64,000 bases of DNA from Candidatus Accumulibacter sp. ACC003. GTDB lineage: Bacteria; Pseudomonadota; Gammaproteobacteria; Burkholderiales; Rhodocyclaceae. The stretch covers positions 140,956 to 204,955 of the forward strand of contig NZ_CAJQTX010000004.1 in NCBI RefSeq assembly GCF_907163085.1, written 5' to 3'. The first letter of the stretch is position 1. Every line of letters starts with the position of its first letter. The notes beneath the pieces are model-generated. The model did no database searches. It saw only the letters and a program-made list of their open reading frames with translations, and was not told the origin of the DNA. The translations under genes were made by a program, and so were the position numbers. Shown here piece after piece: positions 1-9,853 of the stretch.

Positions 1-47
1 CGAGGCTCGACCGAGATGGAAAATAGCCTCAAGTACAAGCTTCGCGA

Positions 48-205
48 CCTTGCGCGCAAGGCTCTGAGCTTCGCGCGCAAGGCTCAGAGCTTTGCGCGCA
101 AGGTTCAAAGCCTTGAGGTGCGAGCCTCGCAGCCTTGCGCGTCGAGTAAAAAGCCTTGCCGGCAAGCCTTTTTGCTTTGCGCGCGAAGCTCAGAGCCTTG
201 CCGGG
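48..205. repeat. Degenerate 21-bp tandem repeat (about 8 units) encoding heptads such as LARKALS/FARKAQS
   Basis: Units like CCTTGCGCGCAAGGCTCTGAG, CTTCGCGCGCAAGGCTCAGAG, CTTTGCGCGCAAGGTTCAAAG at 21-bp period from 48; one unit (111-132) is 22 bp. Confidence 0.75.
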
Positions 206-520
206 ACAGTTCGCCGTGACGCCGATCGAGCAGAAAGCTTCGCCGCCGCGCTTAGCGGGCTGACGAACGCAGAAAAAAGGCTCGCCCGAAAACCAAGATG
301 GCTTGTGCATCGAGCAAAAAGCCTCGTTCTCGCCAATGCGGACTATCAACGCCGCGATAATCGGCTCGTCGTCGAGGCTCCAGGCTTGCGCCCTCGAGCC
401 CGGCGGCCGACCGCCATCGCCAAGCGGGGCAAGCGGCGACCGAAGAGTCTTTCTCGCGCGTCGGCAGAGCTTGCGCGTTGCTGTCGCCAAGCCTACGATC
501 GCCATACCCCTGCCTCATCC

Positions 521-1132
521 GTGGAGACCCACTTGTCCGCTGCACAGGCGCGAATCGTCGCATTGGCCTTGGCTCTGGGCGTCGTCGTCGCTGCCTGGCT
601 GCTTTTCGAGTTCGGCGAAACGACCAACCACAGTCAGGCGGCGGCCCCCTATCAAACACCGCCGACCAGCTCGCCATCGCCGCTCGTCGCCCCGCAAGCA
701 TCAGGCGGCCCACCACCGGCGCTGGCTGCTCCCGCAGACCTTGGTGCCCGACCTCCTGTTTCTGCCATCTACCAATGCAAGGGGCCGAACGGTAGGGCCT
801 TCCGGGACCATCCCTGCGCGAGCAATGAGAGCGAAGTGCATGTCTCGCCTGCCGGTCCGCCATCGACACCCGGCTACAGCCTGGCGCAGAGCAAGGCGAT
901 CGCCGACGAAATGGAAGCCGTAAGGCTGCGCGGCGAGGCGCAACAAAGATCGCGTCTGAGTCAGCCCGACAAGCCGGCGCAGAGGTCCAGGAGCAGCGAG
1001 TGTGCCGCGATTGACCAGGCGATTGCCGGTGTCGATTCCGTACTCCGGGCGCTGCACTCGGCTTCCCAGGGTGATTACTGGACAGCCGAACGCCGGGCCC
1101 TCACGGATCGGCGCTTTTCGATCGGCTGTTGA
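521..1132 (+). CDS. Membrane-anchored hypothetical protein with DUF4124-like IYQC..G..F.D.PC motif
   Basis: 3' part of ORF 92..1132: TM segment, Pro-rich linker, AIYQCKGPNGRAFRDHPC motif, helical C-terminus with paired Cys. Start (GTG 521) uncertain. Confidence 0.55.
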   Translation: METHLSAAQARIVALALALGVVVAAWLLFEFGETTNHSQAAAPYQTPPTSSPSPLVAPQASGGPPPALAAPADLGARPPVSAIYQCKGPNGRAFRDHPCASNESEVHVSPAGPPSTPGYSLAQSKAIADEMEAVRLRGEAQQRSRLSQPDKPAQRSRSSECAAIDQAIAGVDSVLRALHSASQGDYWTAERRALTDRRFSIGC

Positions 1133-1684
1133 GTGCTGCGCGGAGCGCTGAGACGGGTGGTGCCAGCAAGCCATCGGCAGGCGCGGCGATCGTGCCTTCC
1201 TGACGCCGACCGCGACGGCTTCTCGCTGCATCGAGGACAGCGAGGCGACGCCGCCGATCATGGGTAAGCAGGCCAAGCAGGCGACGAGGGTGACTTCGTC
1301 CTCTGCTCGATTGCTTTGATGCTCCCCATCGACGCATCGCAGACCTTGGCGACCGGCTGCTTTAGTGTTTTCAGCCTGATCGACGACCGGCGCTGCGGGT
1401 CTTCGGGCCTGCTCCTGAAAAGTCGCTATTTCGGGTCGTTTGCCACCGTACCGAGGAGTCGCTATTCTGCGAACCACCGCAGCCGCCAAGCCATGCGGCG
1501 TGCCGGATGCCACCGGCAGCGCCGCGAGCCTTGCTTGCTTTATTCAGACTGCCTTACAGGGCGAATTCATTTTTGCGAAAGCACGGCCATCCGCAAAGGT
1601 CGCACACGAGAGCCTGGCGCATTTGCGGCGTGATCTCGAAGGTCTGTTCACGCAAGCTCGCAACAAAGCACGGAAGGAAGAATC

Positions 1685-2188
1685 ATGACCACGAGCGTCA
1701 GCAAGAACACGATTTGCCTCTGGTACGACGGCTCTGCCCTGGATGCTGCGCGCTTCTATGCCGAGACCTTCCCGGACAGTGCGCTGGGCACTGTCCAGCG
1801 CGCGCCCGGCGACTATCCCGCGGGCCAGCAGGGCGATGTCCTGGTAGTCGAGTTCACCCTTATGGGTATCCCGTGCATCGGACTGAACGGCGGTCCGGGT
1901 ATCAAGCACAACGAGGCTTTCTCGTTCCAGGTTGCGACCGACGACCAGGCCGAAACCGACCGCTTGTGGAACGCGATCATCAGCAACGGCGGCCAGGAAA
2001 GCGCCTGCGGCTGGTGCAAGGACAGGTGGGGAGTGTCGTGGCAAATCACGCCACGCGCCCTGACGGCCGCGATTGCCGACCCCGACCGCGCCGCGGCCAA
2101 ACGAGCCTTCGCAGCGATGATGGAAATGACCAAGATCGACATTGCCGCCATCGAAGCGGCTCGGCGCGCTTGGTCGAGCCCGCGATAG
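1685..2188 (+). CDS. VOC / PhnB-like (3-demethylubiquinone-9 3-methyltransferase-like) protein
   Basis: TICLWYD..A.DAARFY, LNGGP, FSFQV..DDQAETDRLW, CGWCKDRWGVSWQI motifs; RBS GGAAG upstream. Confidence 0.9.
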   Translation: MTTSVSKNTICLWYDGSALDAARFYAETFPDSALGTVQRAPGDYPAGQQGDVLVVEFTLMGIPCIGLNGGPGIKHNEAFSFQVATDDQAETDRLWNAIISNGGQESACGWCKDRWGVSWQITPRALTAAIADPDRAAAKRAFAAMMEMTKIDIAAIEAARRAWSSPR

Positions 2189-2217
2189 TCAATTAATCAA
2201 CAGCGAGGAGCCAGGTC

Positions 2218-2625
2218 ATGAAAATCACCGTTGAAACGCTTGTCAATGCGCCCATCGGCAAGGTTTGGAGCGCCTACACCACGCCGGCGGACATCACGCA
2301 GTGGCATACCGCGTCCGATGATTGGCACACCACCAAAGCCACTGTCGATTTGCGCGAGGGTGGCGAGTTCTCATCGCGGATGGAAGCCAAAGACGGTAGC
2401 TTCGGCTTTGACTTCGCCGGGACGTATACGAGGATCGTGCCGCTGCAATTGCTTGAATATTCCTTCGGCGACCGTACGGGTGCTGTCGAATTCGTGCCTG
2501 GCGCCAACGGTGTAAGGGTGCGCTCGACCTTCGACGCCGAATCGGAAAACCCTGTGGAAATGCAGCGCCAGGGATGGCAGGCGATTCTGAATAATTTTGC
2601 CAAACACGTTGAAGCGAGCCCGTAG
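2218..2625 (+). CDS. SRPBCC / AHSA1-like domain protein
   Basis: KITVETLVNAPI.KVW.AYT.P.DI..W..ASDDWH, DLREGG.F.SRMEAKDGSFGFDF, QGWQAILNNF. Confidence 0.9.
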   Translation: MKITVETLVNAPIGKVWSAYTTPADITQWHTASDDWHTTKATVDLREGGEFSSRMEAKDGSFGFDFAGTYTRIVPLQLLEYSFGDRTGAVEFVPGANGVRVRSTFDAESENPVEMQRQGWQAILNNFAKHVEASP

Positions 2626-2626
2626 A

Positions 2627-2947
2627 GTAAAAGGCGCGTACGCGACTGACGAATCTCCCGTCTCGCCACTGCGGGAGGGCCGGGTGAGGCGGGGAAGTCA
2701 GGGAGCCTGCTCCCTGCCCGGCGGACGATTCCGGCGTGCCCGTCATTGCGAGCGCAGCGAAGCAATCCAGGGGTTTCCAGCGGCGGACCCAGCGGGGTGG
2801 CCCGGAAGGGACTACTGGACTGCCACGTCGCTACGCTCCTCGCAGTGACGGTGTCGCTGGCGCTTACGTGCAAGCCGGAATGCGCACCGCAAGTGAGAGG
2901 GAGCGGTCATGACTTTCATCATCGGGGGGTCTCAACATGTCATGACC
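2627..2947. repeat. Interrupted copy of a ~115-bp dispersed element containing a nested REP-like doublet (2741-2850)
   Basis: 2627-2694 and 2895-2947 match the two halves of 6556-6669; the middle holds CGTCATTGCGAG...CTCGCAGTGACG. Confidence 0.7.
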
Positions 2948-2989
2948 TTTGGAGTGAGCGAAGACGATTCACGCTCGCCGCGCTGGCCA

Positions 2990-3409
2990 CTACTTTTCGG
3001 GCACTTCGATATAGTGCGCGGCGAGCCACTCCCGATCGAGTTCCCAGCGCGCGTCCTTGATTCCGGGCTGCGCGAGGACGATCGCGCGCGCTTCGGCCTG
3101 CACTTCGCCGAGCAGCTTTTGCGCGGCGATGAACGCCGGATCGTTGGCGTCTTTGGTATTGATGTCCGGATAGAGGACGGCCAGCGCCTTGAACGCCGGT
3201 ACCTGGACGTTGCGCGGCGTACTGATGAAGGCCGTTTCGCCAGTGACTTTCAGGACCCGGAACTGGTAGGGGTAGCTCTTCAGCGGCGCGCTGCCCTGCG
3301 CCGCAATGACTGCGGTCAGCTGCCGAGAACGCGAATCGGGCGCGCGGATCAGCCAGTCGAGGCCGACGAGCAAGAGCACGATGATGATTATCCAGTAGCG
3401 CTTCTTCAC
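2990..3409 (-). CDS. Hypothetical protein with N-terminal membrane anchor
   Basis: 139-aa ORF, MKKRYWIIIIVLLLVGL anchor, 4-bp overlap with the upstream hydrolase stop. Confidence 0.75.
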   Translation of the reverse strand: MKKRYWIIIIVLLLVGLDWLIRAPDSRSRQLTAVIAAQGSAPLKSYPYQFRVLKVTGETAFISTPRNVQVPAFKALAVLYPDINTKDANDPAFIAAQKLLGEVQAEARAIVLAQPGIKDARWELDREWLAAHYIEVPEK

Positions 3410-4341
3410 CTTGCATCTCCTGTGCTGCGTTGCGAAAGTTCCTGGCTGTGGCGGTCGGCCAGTGGTCTGGTGGCCGCGTCGAGAAAGTCGATTACCGATG
3501 CGAAGTGGCGCTCGATTTCAGCGTATTGATCGTGGCTGCCAGGGATCAGCAGCAAGCGTACGCGCTCATCACGGCGCCTGGCAAAGATTTCCTGCGCGTC
3601 GCTGACCGGTACCGTTTCGTCGTCGCTGCCGTGTACCAGCAGCACCGGGCAGCTGGCCGCGCGGATCGTCTGGCGGGGGGCGATGTCCGCGAAACGCTGG
3701 CCGATGACGTGCTGGACGTAGTAGAGAATGTAGGCCCCCAGCGGCCAATAGGGAATCCGCCGCGCTTGCAGCCAGCGCCGCATGATCGCTGCCGGATCGG
3801 CGAAAGCCGCCAGCGTCACGGCGGCGATCAGGTCGTGCCGTTGGCTGGCGAGCAGCAAAGCCGCCGCCGCCCCGACCGAATGCCCGATGACCCCGACTCG
3901 CTGGGCATCGACTTCCGCCTGCGCGCGCAGCCAATCGACCGCGTGCGCCAGATCTTCGGCAAAGCGCGGCAGCGAAGCAAAGCTGTCGCCATCGCTGCGG
4001 CCGTGGCTGCGTGCGTCGAAGAAGAGCAGCGCGTAGCCTGCCCGGTGCAGGGGTTTGGCCAGCGGCAACATCATTTCGGCGTTGCCGCCCCAGCCATGCA
4101 CGATGGCCAGTGCCGGTGCGCCGTCGGCGGCCGGGATGAACCATCCGAAGAGCGTCTTGCCGCGCTCGCTGGCGATCGCCACCTGGCGCCACGCCAGGCC
4201 GTCGGGAACGCCGCTCTCGACCACGCGTGGCGCGGCCAGGCTGCGGCGAATCAGGTGATTGATGGCGAGCACGGCGACGACCGCGATCGACAGCAGCGCC
4301 AGCGCCGTAGACACGCCGCCCCAGGTGCTGGCCTCAGGCAT
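3406..4341 (-). CDS. Alpha/beta hydrolase
   Basis: HGWGGN oxyanion motif, GHSVG nucleophile elbow, HGSDDETVP, GSHD. Confidence 0.9.
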   Translation of the reverse strand: MPEASTWGGVSTALALLSIAVVAVLAINHLIRRSLAAPRVVESGVPDGLAWRQVAIASERGKTLFGWFIPAADGAPALAIVHGWGGNAEMMLPLAKPLHRAGYALLFFDARSHGRSDGDSFASLPRFAEDLAHAVDWLRAQAEVDAQRVGVIGHSVGAAAALLLASQRHDLIAAVTLAAFADPAAIMRRWLQARRIPYWPLGAYILYYVQHVIGQRFADIAPRQTIRAASCPVLLVHGSDDETVPVSDAQEIFARRRDERVRLLLIPGSHDQYAEIERHFASVIDFLDAATRPLADRHSQELSQRSTGDAR

Positions 4342-4746
4342 GCGGGTCGGCGCTGCCCGATTGCCCGAGCGGATCGCCGCCGACGGCCGGGCTAGCTGAC
4401 TTCAATCGCTTCGTCATGGTGGCCACTCGCCTTTCTACCCTCCGCTGCGTCCTTGTCAGTCCGACCGCGTGCCACGAATAATCAAAGTCCCCGCAAGAAC
4501 GCAAGCCTGAAGCAGCGCGCTCAAGGTCGCTGCGACGTCAGGAGCCGCCGCTTGCAGCGCGCGGGATATTGCGGCGAATGGTCGTTTGGCAATAGCGCGA
4601 CTGGCAGGAATGGGCGGTTAGGTAAAGCTCTGCACGACGACTCGAAAGGGACTTTCCTGTTGGCTGGACGCGGACCTTCGACGCCCAAGTCGAGAGCGCC
4701 GCCGCGCTGCTGGTCGCCTCCCGCTCGCCCGAGCTTGTGCCCTGGT

Positions 4747-4986
4747 TCATTTTGGGCGTTTGACGCATTCATATTTTCTGGGAATCCCGTCACTTTTTTT
4801 TTCGCCAGTGACTTTGATCTCTTCCTCGTCCTTGCAGCGACCGTCATTTTCTACGTAGACAATGGCCTCGAATGACAAAGTGTAGTTCTTCGGCAGCTCT
4901 TTGAGCACTTCTGTTTGACCGGCAACAAGGCTCCTGGCATTGCTGAGCATTAACAAGGCGACAAGCGATATTAGATATCTTTTCAT
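4747..4986 (-). CDS. Small secreted orphan protein (79 aa)
   Basis: MKRYLISLVALLMLSNARSLVAG signal-like N-terminus, two Cys; AT-richer than flanks; start chosen within ORF 4747..5070. Confidence 0.5.
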   Translation of the reverse strand: MKRYLISLVALLMLSNARSLVAGQTEVLKELPKNYTLSFEAIVYVENDGRCKDEEEIKVTGEKKSDGIPRKYECVKRPK

Positions 4987-5279
4987 TTCACTTCCCTCGC
5001 ATGACTTGTGTTTATGTAATTTCATATGACGAATATCGTTCACCCGCCGCCGAGAAATCACCCGCTTCAAGCGCTGCCGGATCGCGGACGCCGAGAGTGA
5101 TCACGTTGATTCTTCGCTTCAATAATCGATCGACACGTTTAACGCAGGTTTGAGCCGCCGTAATCTCATTCTTGAAGTTCACCTTCTCGGCGTTCCCCTG
5201 TGCCCGAGTAGGTGTCGCTTCGATCGTGTTTGAAATGTCGGGGCGCCAGCGAGGTAGATAAGTGGCACGATGGCCGGGA

Positions 5280-6314
5280 TCAATGCCTTCTCTCAAGCAG
5301 CTCTCGCACCGGCAGTGGGAGCAATCCCCGGAGCTTGCTGCTGATTATTTCCTCGTGTCGTTGCCAGACAATTCCGAGATAGATAACCGCCAGGCCAATG
5401 ATCGTCAGGACGAACGGAAACATCATGCTGTCCTTGAATACGCCGTAGGCCAAATGCCCAAGGTAGCCCGCCGCGCCAAGACCGCCGAACACGGCGAATA
5501 CCCGGCGCGAAAGCATGGCACCGACAACAATCAGTGTGAGGTTGATACACAGATAGAGGAATTTGCCGAGCTCACTGTCTGAACGCATCATCGACAAACC
5601 ACCCCAGAAGGCCATAACGCCAAACACGTAGAGCCAAAATGCATAGTCCTTGGCATGCCTGGTGCGCAGGTCCACCCAGAAGGCCAGCAGGACGATGAGC
5701 AAACCGAACCACAGCGATACGAGTTTTTGTAACTCCCATGTCAATTCGGCGTCGCCGAAAAGGAAGGGAGTCAAGTCCATACTCATGTACCAGAGCGTTA
5801 CCGCAATCGGCATGACCAGGAATGGCAGGCGGTAGCGCCACAGCATGATGGCGCCGGTCGCCAGCGTGGCGAATTCCATGAACATCCACCGCCAGTCAAT
5901 CAGCCGGTGGTAATCACGAAAAACCATCCCTTCGGCCCACCATCCCAGTGCGGCTTGCAAGCCGTAGATCGCCATCGGTGTGAGAACGACAACAAAGGTC
6001 GCCGTAAGGCCAGCGGGTATTGGCAAGCGGCTGCGGTGCAAGAAAAACTCCGTAAGCCACAGGCCTGCGCCGGCATAGGCCAGCGCGATGAAGAACAATC
6101 CCCATCCGCCGAATCGTTCCCAGCCTAGCGTCATGAACAGGCTCATTGCACCAATAGCGAGCAAGCCGCCGAGGTAGTGAAGAACGTGTGTGAAACGGAA
6201 ACTCGGCGTGTCCTTTCCGCGGTCGCTCAGGAATCGCCAAAGCAGCTCGGCCTGCTGCTCACTTATCAGGCCGTTTTCGCTTGCCTCCTTAAGGAGACCG
6301 CGGTTTATTTCCAT
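5280..6314 (-). CDS. DUF2157-like multi-pass membrane protein
   Basis: L.EA.E.GLIS.QQAE.LW.FL N-terminus followed by ~10 TM segments; start MEINRGLL. Confidence 0.8.
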   Translation of the reverse strand: MEINRGLLKEASENGLISEQQAELLWRFLSDRGKDTPSFRFTHVLHYLGGLLAIGAMSLFMTLGWERFGGWGLFFIALAYAGAGLWLTEFFLHRSRLPIPAGLTATFVVVLTPMAIYGLQAALGWWAEGMVFRDYHRLIDWRWMFMEFATLATGAIMLWRYRLPFLVMPIAVTLWYMSMDLTPFLFGDAELTWELQKLVSLWFGLLIVLLAFWVDLRTRHAKDYAFWLYVFGVMAFWGGLSMMRSDSELGKFLYLCINLTLIVVGAMLSRRVFAVFGGLGAAGYLGHLAYGVFKDSMMFPFVLTIIGLAVIYLGIVWQRHEEIISSKLRGLLPLPVRELLERRH

Positions 6315-6555
6315 GACAACTCCCAAGCCTGCACTGGCGCCGCGCCTTGCTCTTTGGAGCATCGAAAGGGTAAGGCGTTGGAATCGAAGCTCTTGTTGGA
6401 CGAAGCCGCTACGCGGCGAAAAGCGCACTGCTGTAGTCGTGTTGTTTCAAGGTGTGAGCTCACACCCAAGCCCGCAGCCGAGAATTATTCATGACGAATG
6501 CGAGCTTACCGCAAGATGCAAGACGTGTCCGCTGTCGCCAGCAGGAATTTTTAAT

Positions 6556-6669
6556 GTGAAAGTCGCGTATGCGACTCACGAATCTCCCTTCTCCCCACTG
6601 CGGGAGAAGGGCCGGAGAAGAGGGGGGTGGTCATGACTTTCGTGATCTGGGGTATCACATGTCATGACT
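6556..6669. repeat. Intact copy of ~115-bp dispersed palindromic element
   Basis: GTGAAAGTCGCGTATGCGACTCACGAATCTCCCTTCTCCCCACTGCGGGAGAAGGG...TCATGAC..GTCATGAC; internal hairpins; homologous to 2627-2947. Confidence 0.7.
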
Positions 6670-7014
6670 GTTAGCGGCTGAGTAATGTGGCACGGTTTGA
6701 CCAGCGAGGGCAGCTGAAAGCCAGTTCTCGACTCAACACACGCCGGCCTGTCGCCATTCGCGCGACGGTTGCGAACTCCGTCCCTTGCCTGGCTCGCTCG
6801 CTTCACCATCACCCAGCCGATCGTTGGCGTGCCGGACGATTTCTCTCGCCTGCCGCAATTGCCCGATCTGCGCGTCACCCATGCCGTGTCCAGCGATGGC
6901 CAGGGGCGAATGGCGTTCCCAAGGCGCCCGTCACTGGCCTCTCCCTCGACGCGCTCCGGCCGAATTCTTCTTCGCCGGCAATCGTGTCGGCTTCGCGTGG
7001 TGAAGACTACTGGC

Positions 7015-7030
7015 TGTCGCAAAGACGACA
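7015..7030 (+). promoter_or_regulatory. NifA upstream activator sequence
   Basis: TGT-CGCAAAGACG-ACA = TGT-N10-ACA, about 55 bp upstream of the -24 box. Confidence 0.8.
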
Positions 7031-7085
7031 AAGCGCCGCTTCCTGAAACGTCAATGAATTCAGAGCTTGTCGTGCGCTGAGCGGA

Positions 7086-7101
7086 TGGCACGGAGCTTGC
7101 A
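7086..7101 (+). promoter_or_regulatory. sigma54 -24/-12 promoter of iscA-nifU-nifS
   Basis: TGGCAC-GGAGC-TTGCA, full consensus match 32 bp before the iscA ATG. Confidence 0.9.
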
Positions 7102-7133
7102 GTGACTATCTCAGTCACCCTGGGAGAACGCAC

Positions 7134-7457
7134 ATGATCAATTTGACCCCTGCCGCCCTGGACGCGGTTCGGCGTTTCATTCGCGGTTCCGCGACGCCGG
7201 TTGCCGGCCTCCGTTTGACGGTCGCCGGCGGCGGCTGCTCTGGATTGCAGTACGGCATGAAGCTGGAGGCCGAGAAGGCCGACGACGATTGGCAAATGGA
7301 AGTGGCGGGCATCACGCTCCTGGTCGACGCGCTGACCTTTCCGATGGTGGACAACGTCACCATCGATTTCATCGACTCGCTGACCCATACCGGTTTCAGG
7401 TTCGACAACCCGAACGCCAGCGCGCAGTGTTCCTGCGGCTCGTCGTTCGCGGCGTGA
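7134..7457 (+). CDS. iscA: Nif-type IscA / HesB Fe-S carrier
   Basis: GGGCSGLQYGM and C-terminal CSCGSSF motifs; first gene of nifU operon. Confidence 0.93.
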   Translation: MINLTPAALDAVRRFIRGSATPVAGLRLTVAGGGCSGLQYGMKLEAEKADDDWQMEVAGITLLVDALTFPMVDNVTIDFIDSLTHTGFRFDNPNASAQCSCGSSFAA

Positions 7458-7469
7458 GGAGTAGCGGGC

Positions 7470-8441
7470 ATGTGGGAATACTCGGACAAGGTTCGCGAGC
7501 ACTTCTTCAATCCGCGCAACTCGGGGCCGCTGAAGGACGCCAACGGCATCGGCGATGTCGGCTCGATCCAGTGCGGCGACGCGCTGCGCCTGATGCTCAA
7601 GGTCGATGAGCAGAGCGAGATCATTGAGGACGCGCATTTTCAGACCTTCGGTTGCGGATCGGCGATTGCTTCGTCGTCGGCGCTGACCGAGATTATCAAG
7701 GGCATGACGCTGACGCAGGCGCTCGAGGTGTCGAACCAGAACATTGCCGACTACCTCGATGGCCTGCCTCCGGAGAAGATGCACTGCTCGGTGATGGGCC
7801 GCGAGGCGCTGCAGGCGGCGATCGCCAATTACCGCGGCGAGGAGTGGTCCGACGATCACGAAGAAGGGGCGCTGATCTGCAAGTGCTTCGCCGTCGATGC
7901 CGTCAAGATCGCCGACGTGGTCAATGCCAACCAGCTGAACACCGTCGAGGAAGTCACCTTCTACACCAAGGCCGGTGGCGGCTGCACCGCTTGCCACGAA
8001 GGCATCGAGGAGATCCTGGCCGGGATCAAGGCCGAACGCGCCGGCCCCGGCGAAGTCTCGCCGCCGCCGCTCGCTGCCGCTCTCACCGCGGCGCCGCTTG
8101 CCCCGGCGAACGCGTCGACCGTGCTGGTCCACGCGCCGACCGTGGCGGTGAGCACGCCGACTGCGGCGGTCAGCGCGCCACCCGCGCGACGCACGCTGGT
8201 GCAGAAAATCCGCAAGATCGAGGAGGTTCTCGAATCGGTCCGGCCAATGTTGCAGCGCGATCATGGTGACGTCGAACTGGCCGACGTTCAGGGCAAGACG
8301 ATCTACGTCACGCTCAAGGGTGCGTGCTCCGGCTGCATGATGGAAGTGGCGACGCTGGGTGGCATCCAGCAGAAGATGATCGAGGCGCTGGGCGAACTGG
8401 TGAAGGTTCTGCCGGTTTCGCACATGCCGGTCGAAGCCTGA
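7470..8441 (+). CDS. nifU: Fe-S cluster assembly scaffold NifU
   Basis: [32 protein letters not shown]; central ICKCF..GGGCTAC; C-terminal GACSGC. Confidence 0.97.
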   Translation: MWEYSDKVREHFFNPRNSGPLKDANGIGDVGSIQCGDALRLMLKVDEQSEIIEDAHFQTFGCGSAIASSSALTEIIKGMTLTQALEVSNQNIADYLDGLPPEKMHCSVMGREALQAAIANYRGEEWSDDHEEGALICKCFAVDAVKIADVVNANQLNTVEEVTFYTKAGGGCTACHEGIEEILAGIKAERAGPGEVSPPPLAAALTAAPLAPANASTVLVHAPTVAVSTPTAAVSAPPARRTLVQKIRKIEEVLESVRPMLQRDHGDVELADVQGKTIYVTLKGACSGCMMEVATLGGIQQKMIEALGELVKVLPVSHMPVEA

Positions 8442-8507
8442 TATTTGATCGCGGCGGCCGCCCACCGCCAACCGAGCTATCAACACAGAAGCCAAAGGAC
8501 TGGACCC

Positions 8508-9716
8508 ATGGAAGCGATCTATCTGGACAATAACGCGACGACGCGCTGCGACCCGGCTGTCGTCGAAGCGATGCTGCCGTTTTTCACCGAGCATTTCGGC
8601 AATGCCTCGTCGATTCATGCCTTCGGCAGCGAAGTCGGCAAGGCGCTCAAGAAGGCGCGCGGCCAGGTGCAGGCGCTGCTCGGTGCCGAGCATGACTCGG
8701 AGATCATCTTTACCTCCTGCGGTACCGAGTCGGATGCGACGGCGATCCTGTCCGCCTTGCGGGCACAGCCTGAGCGCAACACGGTGATCACCACCGCCGT
8801 TGAGCATCCGGCGGTCCTGACGCTCTGCGAGTGGCTCGAGAAGGAAGGCTATATCGTGCACAAGCTCAGGGTGGACAAGAAAGGCCGCCTTGACCTGGAC
8901 GAGTATCGCTCCTTGCTGAACGATCGCGTCGCCATCGTCTCGGCGATGTGGGCCAACAACGAAACCGGGACGCTCTTTCCAGTGCTCGAAATGGCCGAAA
9001 TGGCAGCCGCCAGGGGAGTCATGTTTCATACCGACGCGGTGCAGGCGGTGGGCAAGATTCCTGTCGATCTCAAGAACACCCGCATCGACATGCTCTCGCT
9101 TTCCGGCCACAAGCTGCACGCGCCAAAAGGCATCGGCGCGCTTTATCTACGCCGCGGCTGTCGCTTCCGGCCCTTGTTACGCGGCGGTCACCAGGAGCGC
9201 GGTCGTCGCGCCGGGACCGAGAACTCGGCGTCAATCATTGGCCTCGGCAAGGCCTGCGAGCTGGCCATCGAGCACATGGACGAAGAGAACACCACCGTCA
9301 GGTCGCTGCGCGACACGCTGGAAAAAGGCATCGTCAGCCAGATCGGACACTGTTTTCCGACCGGCGACATCGCCAGGCGCCTGCCCAATACCAGCAATAT
9401 TGCCTTCGAGTACGTCGAAGGCGAAGGCATTCTCCTGCTGTTGAACAAGCTGGGAATTGCCGGAAGTTCGGGTTCGGCCTGTACGTCGGGCTCGCTCGAG
9501 CCCTCGCACGTCATGCGCGCCATGGGTATTCCGTACACGGCGGCGCACGGCACCATCCGTTTCTCGTTGTCACGCTACAACACCGAGGCCGAGGTAAAGC
9601 GGGTGATCGAAGTCGTCCCGGGGATCATTGCCCAGCTCCGCAAGCTCTCACCGTACTGGTGCGACAAAGGGCCGGCGGCCAGCGTCGACGGCGCCTTTGC
9701 GCCGACTTATGCCTGA
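8508..9716 (+). CDS. nifS: Cysteine desulfurase NifS
   Basis: IYLDNNATT, HTDAVQAVGK, SGHKLH (PLP Lys), SSGSACTSGSLEPSHV. Confidence 0.97.
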   Translation: MEAIYLDNNATTRCDPAVVEAMLPFFTEHFGNASSIHAFGSEVGKALKKARGQVQALLGAEHDSEIIFTSCGTESDATAILSALRAQPERNTVITTAVEHPAVLTLCEWLEKEGYIVHKLRVDKKGRLDLDEYRSLLNDRVAIVSAMWANNETGTLFPVLEMAEMAAARGVMFHTDAVQAVGKIPVDLKNTRIDMLSLSGHKLHAPKGIGALYLRRGCRFRPLLRGGHQERGRRAGTENSASIIGLGKACELAIEHMDEENTTVRSLRDTLEKGIVSQIGHCFPTGDIARRLPNTSNIAFEYVEGEGILLLLNKLGIAGSSGSACTSGSLEPSHVMRAMGIPYTAAHGTIRFSLSRYNTEAEVKRVIEVVPGIIAQLRKLSPYWCDKGPAASVDGAFAPTYA

Positions 9717-9853
9717 CCGCGAGGCGGCGGGCCGGGAGGTGCTCTCGGTCCGCCGTCCGGCCTGAGCGCGCGCTGCCATGTGGCGTCGTTTTTTCCACCG
9801 CAGATGGCGCGGCGCTGACGAATCGGCCTGCTATGAGTGGTGCTCCTGCCCGG

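Noticed and set aside
1140-1680. IS remnant in the intergenic region (TTTTCAGC / CTGAAAAG motifs)
   Set aside because: No transposase fragment, paired IRs or TSD could be established.
4440-4746. Possible integron attC downstream of the small orphan gene (ACCTAAC on the minus strand at 4617-4623)
   Set aside because: No matching GTTRRRY core or L-box symmetry at a suitable distance, and no integrase or second cassette.
6686-6701. Second sigma54 promoter (TGGCACGGTTTGA)
   Set aside because: Spacing to the -12 element is wrong and the GC dinucleotide is missing.
8030-8190. Long Ala/Pro linker in NifU as a novel insertion
   Set aside because: This interdomain linker is variable in NifU proteins and all Cys motifs are intact.
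6576-9119. 847-aa minus-strand ORF and similar long antisense ORFs (31099-32796, 51486-52976, 61672-62988)
   Set aside because: Shadow frames opposite well-supported genes in GC-rich DNA; no recognisable motifs.
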